This document shows, piece by piece, positions 52,890-64,000 of a stretch of DNA of 64,000 bases. This DNA is from Octopus vulgaris (taxonomy: Eukaryota). Position numbers and translations under genes: made by a program. The stretch spans positions 81,282,001-81,346,000 of the forward strand of contig OX597814.1 in NCBI GenBank assembly GCA_951406725.2, in the 5' to 3' direction. The notes under the pieces were generated by a model. The model ran no database searches and had not been told where the DNA came from. It was given only the letters and a program-made list of their open reading frames with translations. Position 1 is the stretch's first letter, and each line of letters begins with the position of its first letter.

Positions 52890-53555
52890 CAGTGGATTGG
52901 CAGGATCGTGAACAAAATGCTTAGCAGTATTTCTGGTTCTTTTACGTTCAGAGTGCAAATCCTACCAAGGATAACTTGATCTATCATCTTTCTGGGGTTC
53001 ATAAAATGAAGAACCAATTAATCTCCACCCAGATTTACGGGCCTTAATCTGCTCTTAGAAATTCAGTGTTATTATTACTATTTCATAGCTGCTTTTTTTT
53101 TTTGTCATTTGTTCTTGCATTGTCCACTCAACCATCATCTGGATAGGTAATCATCTGGCAAAAGGCTTAGCAATATTTCACTTGTTGCTACGTTCTGAGT
53201 TCAGATTCCACCAAGGTCATCTTTTCAGGGTTGATAAATTAAGTACTAGTCGAATACTGGGGTCAATGTAATCAACTATCCCCTCCCCCAAATTTCAGGC
53301 CTTGTACCTATAATACACACGATTATTATTATTGTTGTTAAGATGATGAGCTGGCAGAATCATTAGCATGCTGGGGGAAATTTTTAGCAATATTTCATCT
53401 ATTCCTACATTCTGAGTTCAAATTCTGCTGAGGTCAACTTTTCCTTTCATCCTTTTGGGATCGATAAATTAAGTACCAGTGAAACATTGAGGTGGTTGTA
53501 ATCAACTAGTCTCCTCCCCTCAAATTTCAGGCCTTGTGCCTTTAGTAGAAAGGAT
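52890..53555 (+). mobile_element. Three tandem SINE family B copies
   Basis: gagttcaaattc...ggggttgataaattaagtac units at about 52890, 53155 and 53340. Confidence 0.75.
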
Positions 53556-55982
53556 TATTGTTATTATCATTATTATTCATGCCAGTTCTCAAAGTATACA
53601 CATGTTTACTTTGCTCTGAAGATAGACCATATAGCATTACCAAAGGAATTTTTTTTTCTTTTACTAAAGTGATGATAACAGACATTGGAAACAATGGAGA
53701 TTTGTGGCTAGTCATCAGTTTTGTTGGCAAGCAGCTAAAACAAATCTAAAGAGAGGTGATATGTAATCAAGCAAAATCAAAATTACTCCCTCAACTGGGC
53801 ACAGTTCATGTATGACCACAAATTCATTCCAGAGAAAGTGCTGAGTAATGAGCTTTACAATACAGGGCAAAAAACCTAATTGGTATATTTGTCAAAGTAA
53901 AAACCTTTCCAGAACCTCTTACTCTGAAGAACTACAAAGTTTAGGGAAAAAGAAAGTAATGGTGATAAACCAAGACAGCAACAAGGGCTACAAACTTCAG
54001 TTTCCAGAACACTATCAGTCAAAAATTCAAGAATAGCAGTATAAATTTCTTTCTGCCCTGTCTTAAAAACAAGCCCACAAATACCTTGTCCTGTAACAGT
54101 AGCAAGTATAGCATAACTCCATCACAAAGTAGTGCAAGGGAAATAATGTTTTCTGAAGAAAGAGCACAAATTGTTGAAGAAAACTCCAAGGTAGAAAAAT
54201 ATTCAAAAACTGAAAAAGCAGCATAAAACAACTAAAATACATTAAAAAGAACAAGTTCCACTGAACAACAATGACACTCCTCCAAAAAGAACAAAGATGA
54301 TGAAGAGGAGGACAAAGAACTGAGATTCATCATCATTTGAAAATCAGATAGACTGATCAAATCACATATCTGCAGTGCCATGGATTTTTTGATGAAGTTA
54401 AAATAACATAGGCACTGTTAGGTATGGAATATAGGCAACATACAACAGATAGATAGTTTGTATAAAAAAACTATGGCAATCTTAGCCTGAAGATGTGGGC
54501 GCTTTTTGACTCCAGTTTTTGGGTGCTCAATATGAACAGTAGCAGGAGGGCATAGATGTGGGATCCTGTAACCTGACCTGGCCAGTCATTCTTCATTTTT
54601 GTTTCTTTTAATTATTCTGTGAACTAACTTCTTTTTTAAAGACAGAAAGTCTAAAATTTTAAATCAGAGCAAACAATCTGTTTGACAATCAAATACATAA
54701 ATTTTTATATATTTATTTAATTATTATTTTCACCTTTCTTCTTCATAGTCCCCGTTTTCTTATTCATTTAACCAAACAATCAAATTTTATTTATTTTTTG
54801 TTTTTAACATTCCATGTTTTAGTTTTCCTTTACAAACCACAAAATGTATAATACAGCAATATTTGATGACTTAAGATAGCATGTAAATTAAAAAGCAATC
54901 AAACATTTCAGTGCATTATTATTGTTTACTCTGTTACAGATATTCTTGTAATTCAAGTTTATTTTGTTGCTGTTGTTAATTCTGTTAATGTTTTGGTTTG
55001 TTTTTGTTTTTTTTTGTTTTGTGTTTAATTTCAATTTAATTTGTGATGTCTAGCAATAAAATTAATATCAAAATCATCATGTTGTGCATTTGTTTTAAAC
55101 TCTGAACAGAACGAACAAGAAATATTTTTGGTATTTGTTTATTCATTTCTCTTTTATTTACAAAGTTGACTATTATATCTTAAATCTAATATACAGAAAT
55201 ACCCCCACACACACACACACACACAACTGTAATGCAATCACAATTTAATGCTAGATTGGCTCTGAATTTGCAGATCTGTGATGAAGTGTTAAAATTGTGA
55301 CCATCCTATTATTCCCCTTTTACAGACACACAGATTAGATTATTGCATGTGGCCTTCATTTTAAAGAGAGCAGAGTGTGATTTAGCTGTTATCTCTAGTT
55401 AGTTGAGCTGCCACATGTATTGGCTCTTATATGTCTACATGCTGGAAAAGTAAGATACATTATCCAATGTGTCTATTTTTTTATGACAGCAGGTGTGATT
55501 TTAGGAGGATTTGACTGCTGTTTCTAGTAACTCAGGCAAGCATAAACAGGGTTCTTATTTGTTCTTATGTATCTCTATCATAAAAAAAAATAAGAGAATG
55601 AAATTAAATTTTGAAAGATTTTTAGAAACAACACAAAACTGGAACTCCTGTGAAATCCACTGTATGAGTAACCTATTGAAATCTTCCTTTCCTCTAAATA
55701 ACAAGCACTATTCTCAATTCCTAATACTGTTTCTAGCAGAGTAAAGAGATTTTAGCTTTGGTTTTATCAGATTAGAGATTGAGGGTTCAATTCCATCTAG
55801 TTCATGTATGTTTTTTTTTTGTTTTTAGTTTTACCTGTTTATAATTTGTCTTTTAGTTTTATGGTATGTGATTAATGGTGTTAAAATCAAGTTTAGCAAT
55901 TATCACACTTATTTGTTAAATAATCAGAGGAGATGAACAACAAAGACATCACTATAATGTTGATTAGACAGAAAAGTGTTTG

Positions 55983-56200
55983 CATCATCATTATCATCAT
56001 CATTTTATGCATGCTTTCCATGCTGGTATGGGTTGAATGAGCTGTCATAGTTCAAGATGGTTTTTAATTGGATTTACAGCCATCCTAGGCATGCTCTTCC
56101 AACCACACTTCATTCATGTGTTTTATTTTGGTATGATTTATGTCTGGATTCCCTTCCTGACACCAACTACGTTACAGAGTGTGCTGGATTTGTATTTTAT
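55983..56200 (-). mobile_element. RTE 3' end fragment
   Basis: (cat)n then tttccatgctggtatgggttg. Confidence 0.65.
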
Positions 56201-57111
56201 CATGGCACTGGTACTAAGGGGATCTTCATATCTTCGGAGAGTCTAAAGGGTCTGCTTGGCCCTACAATGTCTCTACTTGGCCCTACACTGTCTCTGCTCA
56301 TTTTCTGACCAGTTCACAAAGTGTATTGGATGCATTTTATCATAGCACCAGCATTAGTGGGATTACTTTGTACCCTGCAAGATAAGATCCTCAATCTTCT
56401 GTGCTGTCACTGTTTGTTCAGCATATGACTAGTAGTGTGAGAAGAAGAGAGTGGGAGTGATTATAGTAGATGAACTTGAGTAAGAGTGTGGTGGGGGGCA
56501 TTATAGAGAGAGGAAATATGATTGGGGTACAGTGTGGAAATAGGAAAGACAGTGCTAGAGGAGTTATGAGGAATAATAAAGGCAGGGTGTAATAGATGAG
56601 AGACAATAATGGTAGTTACATGTTAACAGGAGATGGAGTGACAGGTAGTAGTGTATAAGGGAGTGGTAACATTAGTTAGTAAGCAGTGGGGGTAATGTTA
56701 GTTGGTGAGAGAGAACACTGGTGATGGATAGTTAAGATAGCGATGCAAATAGAAAAGCCTAGTAAATAGTTTAAAGTTCTTGCTATTGCATTCAAAAATT
56801 TACAATGTAGAAAACCTTCCTTTCAACAATACAAGCTGAATAATCAATGTATATGTATTCTTACATTTACTATAAAGTGTAACACCAATACAAAATAATC
56901 TCATATAACAACCATTGAATATTGACAAATATTTTTCGATTTCACTTTCTTATTTATTGTTGCACATAACTATAAGATAACTTAATATTCATTACATATA
57001 ACTAACTTAATGCTTGGTGATGACATTCTATATAGATTGAAAACTATAAATAATCTATAACAACACCTGAAGATGAGCAGAGGTGAAAAAGATCATGGCA
57101 TGAATGATTTA

Positions 57112-57143
<32 letters not shown>

Positions 57144-57419
57144 TCATGAGACTTTGGTTGAATATAATTGCCCAAAATACAATGTAGTAGGATCAAGCCC
57201 AGAACAAACTTATCAATGCATTCCTACATGTCCAATGAAACAAACACACACACACACAGAGGATTTCTTTATGATCTTACACTAGAAAACATTAGGTACT
57301 TGATGCAATGTGCACAGTAGAGTATACATGTATTTATATTTAACTATAGTCTAATGCTTCTTTTGATTATTCACTGTTAATCCAATGACCAGAAACCAAT
57401 AAAGAATAACAAAAGTCAT

Positions 57420-57785
57420 GGCTATGTGTTAAGAAGCTTGCTTCCCAACTATATGGTTCCAGGTTCAGTTCCACTACATAGTACCTTGGGCAAGTGTGAG
57501 AGGATTTGATAGGCAGAAACTGAAAGAAGCTGGTTGTATATATACATATGTATATGTATGTATATATTTATGTATGTGTCTTGTGTTTGCACCCAACCAT
57601 CACTTGACAACCGATGTTGGTGTGTTTACATCCCTGTAACTTAGCAATTTAACAAAAGAAACTGATAGAATAAGTACTAGGCTTACAAAGAATAAGTCCT
57701 GGGATTGATTTCTTTCACTAAAATCCTTTATGGTGGTGCTCCAGCATGGCCACAGTTAAATGGCTGAAACAAGTAAAAGAAAAGA
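57420..57785 (+). mobile_element. SINE family A
   Basis: Colinear with 2556-2918, with a small internal deletion. Confidence 0.85.
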
Positions 57786-57913
57786 ATATATATAAATAGA
57801 TATAGATATCACTATAGTCATTACAAATCTTTACTACAACCATTTTTTTATCAATTTATATTTTTAACTTTATTATTATATTTATATATTGCTTTTCTTT
57901 TTATCTTTTTTAG

Positions 57914-58449
57914 ATTCCCTCGATTCTGTATCATCATTTTCGGCCCAACCAGAACCCCAAGACACCACTGGAGGAAACGCAATATGTCTCACTGATTTTA
58001 GTTTTCAAAAACCTGCTGAAGAATTGTCCACTATGACAACATTAGACCCTTTCCCGCCTTCCGAAGTTAGTGGAGCCACCGGTGGGAGCAGCTTTATGAT
58101 GCAGTCACCCCAGACGTCGACGTCAGCTTTAGAGTGCGTCAGTTGGGCAGAAATACATCCACCCCCACCAGGAAGCAGTGGTGCTACTGGTGGTGTTAGT
58201 GGTGCCAGTGGTGGCGGTGGCGGTGGTGCCACTGCTTCCAACACCTTGTCACCGACATCCGCACTCGGGCAGCAGCGTGTGGACACGTGGGGTGTCCTGC
58301 AGCCAACAGTGCTGCCATCTTCGCCACCAGCCTTACCAGTTGTACCACCCCGACCATCCACCTCACCTGTAATTATATCATCCACTTCTGATTTGCCCAC
58401 TTATGAAGAAGTTATGACCCGTAGGCGGCGTGGAGATGCTGAACTTTAA
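57914..58449 (+). CDS. Terminal coding exon: Ser/Pro/Gly-rich cytoplasmic tail with LPxY motif
   Basis: Acceptor tcttttttag, phase 1 (G+AT = Asp), GC-rich open frame ending DLPTYEEVMTRRRRGDAEL-TAA. Confidence 0.9.
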
Positions 58450-58496
58450 TATCAATAATAATATTTCAATTATTGTTGAGGTTATTATCATTATTA

Positions 58497-58539
<43 letters not shown>

Positions 58540-60558
58540 GCTCTAATTCTATTTTCATGATTTAGCTTCTCTTTCTTTCACTGCTCTTGTTTGTTTTTTG
58601 TTTTCTTTGTTTTGTTTTGGTTTCGGATTTTGTTTTTTGTTGGTTTTTTTTTTTTTTTTATCTGATAACAAAAATATTTTCTTTGAAATTGTGTGATCTT
58701 TGTAAGATCAAAGTTAGTGGCTTTCCAAAGATACAATACAGGATTGTAAGAATACAAATAGCACAGACAAAAGAAATTTAGCAAACACATTTTTTGTGGG
58801 GCAGTGGGGCGGTTGATGTAATTATATCAAAATTCTGGATTTTGTGGGTGGTTAACTTTCTGAATAGTATATCTATTCCTTGTCTGTCCTCTGTTCTCCC
58901 TCACCATTAATATGCTTATATATATATATATATATATATATATAATCTTTATTTTTGGCATTTTCCTTTATTCTTCAAAAACTTTTTTGCTTTGTTTTGT
59001 TTTTTTAATTAATTTGGTAACCTTTCTTCTATGTTAATTGTTAAATAGAAAATAATAACCTTTAGACTGTTAATGCATTCAGTCTTGTGAAACACCCACA
59101 TCTTTAAAAGCATATCTAGATTATCAAAACACTTTGTTTCTTTTTAATATTTTTGTTTATCAAATGAAAGAAATTTGGTTATTATACTTTATCAGTATCT
59201 TGTAATTATATAAATATTGTTTCTAACATTTATAAAAATCCACTGAATCTGTTTATATACCACACTCTAAGAATGAAACATCTGGTAGATTCTTTAAAAG
59301 AATTTAATTATGATTTAATTATATATCCAATGTCTTTCTATATGTTTATTTTTAATTTGCTTTTAAGCTTATTTTTACTTTCTGGTGGGCATAGTGGTAT
59401 TTTAGTGTAAGAACCAGCTTCATTTCCAAGTGAGAAGCAGAGTTTTTTTTTATTTTCACTATTGTATGTCTTTGAGAAAGGTCTAAGTGTCACAGTATTT
59501 TATTTCTCCTCCCCTATGGGTTTGAGCCTTCTTCATGAATATGTAAAATTTAAAAAAAAATATCATGTTCTTCTCCTCTTCCTTTCACTGAAGATTAAAA
59601 GAACAAGCTGGAATTAGTTATATGTGGGGTAAGGTGATAATTCAATGATTGGAAACAGGATTTCTAGAGCCAAATAAAAGACATGACAAAGCTTGTTAAT
59701 GATTCAAAGCTGTTGAGTGTGTAAGGAGTGACCAACAGAAGCTACCATGACAGACAGATGTGGTGATAGTCAAACTGACTAAATGACAGGCATAAATGAC
59801 CAGCAGAGATTACTATGAATGATAAATATGGTTATGGCCAAATAGACTGCCAGAGCTCACCATGATAAGCAAACATGAGAGAGACATAAGGATTAAGCAA
59901 CAGGTGTTACCATGATACACTTATACAGCAGTAGGGTGATGTTAAAAAAAGATAGACAAACACACAGAAAGAGAGAGAGACAGAGAGAGAACAACTAGGA
60001 TCGATAGTTGAATATATGGAATTAGTGGTCATTTGAGAAATATGGTAAACATTAACTTTAGCCCAGAACATATATGCTACACTCTCACATAAATATGCAT
60101 TCATATGCACATATATATTCATGTTTTAAACAATGTGTGAATGTGAAAATATTTTCTTAGATCAGTGGTTCTCAACCAGCATCCACATGACCCTTGGGGG
60201 TCCATGTAAAATTTTGTTAAAATTTACATGCTATAAACCAATTATACTTCTATAATACACAAAACTTTTGTTTTTTTATACAATTCCTAATAATATTTAA
60301 TTATAAAAATAGGATTTTTTTAAAACACTAAATGGCTATAAGGGTCCACCCATGTAAAATTGGAATCAAAGGCTCCATGAGCAAAAATTAGTTGAGAATC
60401 ACTGACTTTAATGAAAAGCTTTACAAAACTGAGTGTCCACATATACTAAAAACCCACTTTGAGAAATCTTCATTTAAATACATTTATAACTTCACTTAAT
60501 ACATGTATACTCAATTCAGTCTAAGGTTCTACAGCTAAAGTTTTTAAAAAATTATTTT

Positions 60559-60592
<34 letters not shown>

Positions 60593-61235
60593 AATGTAAG
60601 ATCCAAGGATCAAGTTGTAGGAATAGGGTTAGCTTCAAACAGACTGTAGAAAATATAAAAAAACTATTTTGAGGAACAATGGTGGTTTATTGAGGTGGAA
60701 GGTTGTGGATTTTTCTGTATCACAATATGATGAACTGAAAAAAATGTTTTATATTTCATGGTAGGCAAGCAAGATTGCCAGGTTTGCAAATAAAATACAA
60801 GAGTTAAAGAATGGAATAGATAATAGATCCAGGCTACATATGTTTCATAATGAGCAGAACCTTGGAAGTGGTAATTATCCTAGTGAGGTATATATACCTC
60901 AGGCTACTCTTCAGGTCAAGGGTATCTTGTTTAACTGAAGTTTACATTGTCGTAAGGAGATATATGTCAACACATGGATGATTCGATCAGAATGGATGAT
61001 ATGTAAAGAGCAGGAAAAAAAGTGGTTAGTAAAAAATATGATAATGTAGAAAAAGAAAGAAAAAGAGAAGTAATAGTTGTATGGAGTTTAAAAGGAAATA
61101 ATATTTATTTATAGTCTTAGTCTAAAAGTCTTTATTTCCTACATTAACTAGAATATTCTCTCCTGACCTGGAAAACTTGAGACACATCTCTCTCTCTCTT
61201 TCCCTCTATCCTTCTCTCTCTCACACACACACATT

Positions 61236-61266
<31 letters not shown>

Positions 61267-61430
61267 ATATAGATATAAACAGATAGATAGATAGTTATAG
61301 ATATGGTTAGCTGAAGCTAAAAGTTTCTACATGTTCGCACCTGTTTCATCAGTCAACCGTTTTGGATTCCCAAATTGTTGGCTAATTGTGTGTAAATGTA
61401 TATATATTAGTAAGACAATACAATAATAAA
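58450..61430 (+). other. Probable 3' UTR; end uncertain
   Basis: T-rich, SINE-poor sequence after the stop codon; AATAAA candidates include 59673 and 61425. Confidence 0.35.
60163..60404. mobile_element. hAT-type MITE
   Basis: TIRs cagtggttctcaac / gttgagaatcactg, 242 bp; the 8-bp flanks match only partly. Confidence 0.75.
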
Positions 61431-62799
61431 TGTTGAGATTTTTATAGGTATTCGATTAACGTTGATGAATGTTAAATTAAATAGCAGTTAATTACAGCTC
61501 ATAATGTATTAAATAACGCGATTAAGTGATTAATGGGGCTGAATTCCAATGCTAAAGATCTAAAGTTACTTGATAACAAGTGTTTAGTGAAGCATAAACA
61601 AGCATCAATCAATCTTAGACAGTAGAAAACCAACTGGAAGGCCATTAATATAATTTCTGCAGTTAGGAAAAGTGCCTGAATATGTATGCCAAGACAAAGT
61701 TTGGTGAAAACAAGATATTAATTTTGATGAAGCATTTGAAATAACCGTAGGTGTGATACCATGATGATACTGACTTAAAAGTCATTTATAATAGAATTTA
61801 AATAGTCAAGGAGATTAATATTGAAACTACTTCAAGTTTAATGTGACAGTCTCTTGACATTCTTGAAGACTTTATAAGCAATTGTCTTTCAAGGAGAAGA
61901 GAACAATAAAAAAAACCAAGATACTTTTAACTGGTATAGGAGGAGAAATGTTTTAAAGTGCAGTGAAAATTTTCAAAACATTATGACTTGATCTGAGAAT
62001 GTCATGCTTATATCATTGTGATATTAGGATGTTACAATATGATACTATGATGTTAGTACAAAGAATGAAAGTGTTAAGTAAATACAGCAAGTCCTTCTCT
62101 TGCTCTTCTTTCTTCATATATATATATATGAAGGAATATAGGAAGAACTTGATGGATTTAACACTGAATATATAGCCATATACACGTATGTGTTTATTTA
62201 TATATATATATATAATTTTATATATGCATATATATATATAATCACATGCACATACACATACAAATGCACAAATACTCACACACACACATAGTTCTATTAT
62301 ATCAGTATTGCTGCTTCGTTTCATCCAAAGAGCAGTATGATATAAATTAAGTCTTGTTTATTGTTCAACTTAAATGAAACCCAATCAATATGCATTAACA
62401 AACGCTCATGAGACAGTCCTTCCACTCTGACTTAGTAGTATATCAACCACTGACCAACAACACATCCTGGCAACCATCTCATTTCTTTAGAAACCATGGA
62501 ATTTTCTATTTCACCTGAAAGGAAATGAATGAAGAAATAATTAAAGATATATAAGTCTCTGTTTGATAATTCCTGAAAAATATAGCAAATGGAGAAACTT
62601 TTCCAATGCAGTCTTGTTGTCTTACAATATGGCAACAAGGACTCTTTAAGTCTTCCAGACTACATAAATAGTAAAGCTAGTGGCATTAAGTACTAAATCA
62701 TCATATTGATTAATCTATATTAACATCAACTGACTACTTTGGCCTTATATAATAGGTTATAGATCACCTCAATTAAGACTGGCCTGTTAATAAACAACA

Positions 62800-63210
62800 A
62801 CTGAATGTTAATATAAGCCATAATAGAATTTTACTGATTACTGAATGTTGACATTAAAGTTTTATGACATGATTTTATTGACTACCAAATGTTAATATTA
62901 AAGGCTATGGTATACTTTTACTGATTACTGAATGTTAATATTGCAGTTTTATGGTATGAATTTATTGACAGAATCGTTAGCATGCCAGGCAGAATGCTTA
63001 GCAGCATTTCACCCATCTTTAAATTCTGAGTTCAAATTCCTTCAAGGTTGACTTTGCCTTTCATCCTTTCAGGGTCAATAAAATATGTACCAGTTGAGCA
63101 CTGAGGTCAATGTACTCAACTTACACCCTTCCCCAAACTTGCTGACCTTGTACCAAAATTTTAAATCAATATTAAAGTTTATGGTATGATGTTAGTGATT
63201 ATTGAATACT
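62800..63210 (+). repeat. Minisatellite of about 43 bp interrupted by a family B SINE (about 62968-63172)
   Basis: Four units like actgaatgttaatattaaagttttatggtatgattttactgatt precede the SINE and a partial unit follows it. Confidence 0.75.
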
Positions 63211-64000
63211 TCAATTCACTGATAATTTTAAATGCTAACAAAAACTCACTTCTCAATGTTCATATGGATACTTCAATAATATTGAAGGCTATAACTTGAT
63301 TTTCTTTAACTCCTCAATGCTATTGTGCACTTCTGATCACTAATGGTAACTTTTGAAATATTCAGTAGTACTATTAACTGTACAATAGTAACATTAACGT
63401 TTGATGACTATAGTCACAATCCAAAAAGTAACTGTTTTTATGACTTCTGTCAGTATGGTGAGCTCAACTATTTAAATTATAAAAATTACTGAACAGTGGT
63501 AATTATGACTCTTTGACAGTATCAGTAATATGGCTTCTGTTGGTCACAGGGTTTCCTGAACATGGTAACAGTGATTATTCAATGTTGACTCTTCTCTAGT
63601 AATCCATGACAACTTGATAGTAGATAGCATTGCTTGCAGGTGTAATGTTATACTACAGTTTTAACTTAACAGCTTACAAAACAAAATTTAAAAAAAAAAC
63701 ATGATCCTCATAATAGTGGTAATAATAATAATGATAATAATAATAATAATAACCGAAAACCAGAGTCATTGAGACATAATCATTTATCCTCCTCCAAAAT
63801 AAACTGATAACTATTGTATGTAAATCAGTTTAAGAATCCTTTACCGTTGTCCAGCCATTTCTTTGGTGTCTATTGGTTGTAAGTGGCGAACCTCATTTCA
63901 GATTTCAGACCCAGACAAAAGAACCCAGTGGAAACAAACTTTGTGGATTTTCAATCTCCACCCCAAATCTATTATATATTCATGTATAATTGCATATACG

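Noticed and set aside
53560-54350. A-rich stretch resembling a decayed LINE ORF1
   Set aside because: Only compositional evidence and many stops.
58005-58400. 131-aa antisense ORF
   Set aside because: Shadow of the GC-rich terminal exon on the opposite strand.
63838-63860. Minus-strand ATGGCTGGACAACG|gtaaag as a possible first exon
   Set aside because: Too short, and no downstream minus-strand exons were identified.

Overview
AT-rich, microsatellite-dense eukaryotic DNA with no prokaryotic features. The repeat landscape suggests a coleoid cephalopod such as Octopus; this is inference, not a database match. One spliced + strand gene spans most of the window. Four exons joined by phase-1 GT-AG introns (8595-8645, 43830-44027, 50890-51072, 57914-58449) read as one open frame of about 322 aa: the end of a signal peptide, an RLKR furin-type site, one LDL-receptor class A module, one transmembrane helix, and a Ser/Pro/Gly-rich tail ending in LPTYEEV. 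This is an LDLRAD-like type I membrane protein; the start exon was not found. The introns hold at least three tRNA-derived SINE families, RTE LINE remnants, an uninterrupted GC-rich CR1-clade RT fragment, decayed Tc1 and mariner elements with TIRs and TA flanks, MITEs, Penelope remnants with degenerate minimal hammerhead motifs, and several long palindromes. Most ORF-track entries are microsatellite artefacts. Boundaries of decayed repeats are approximate. No clearly new biological system is demonstrated; the best leads are the gene's architecture and possible soluble isoform, the foreign-looking CR1 element, and the Penelope hammerhead/foldback complex.
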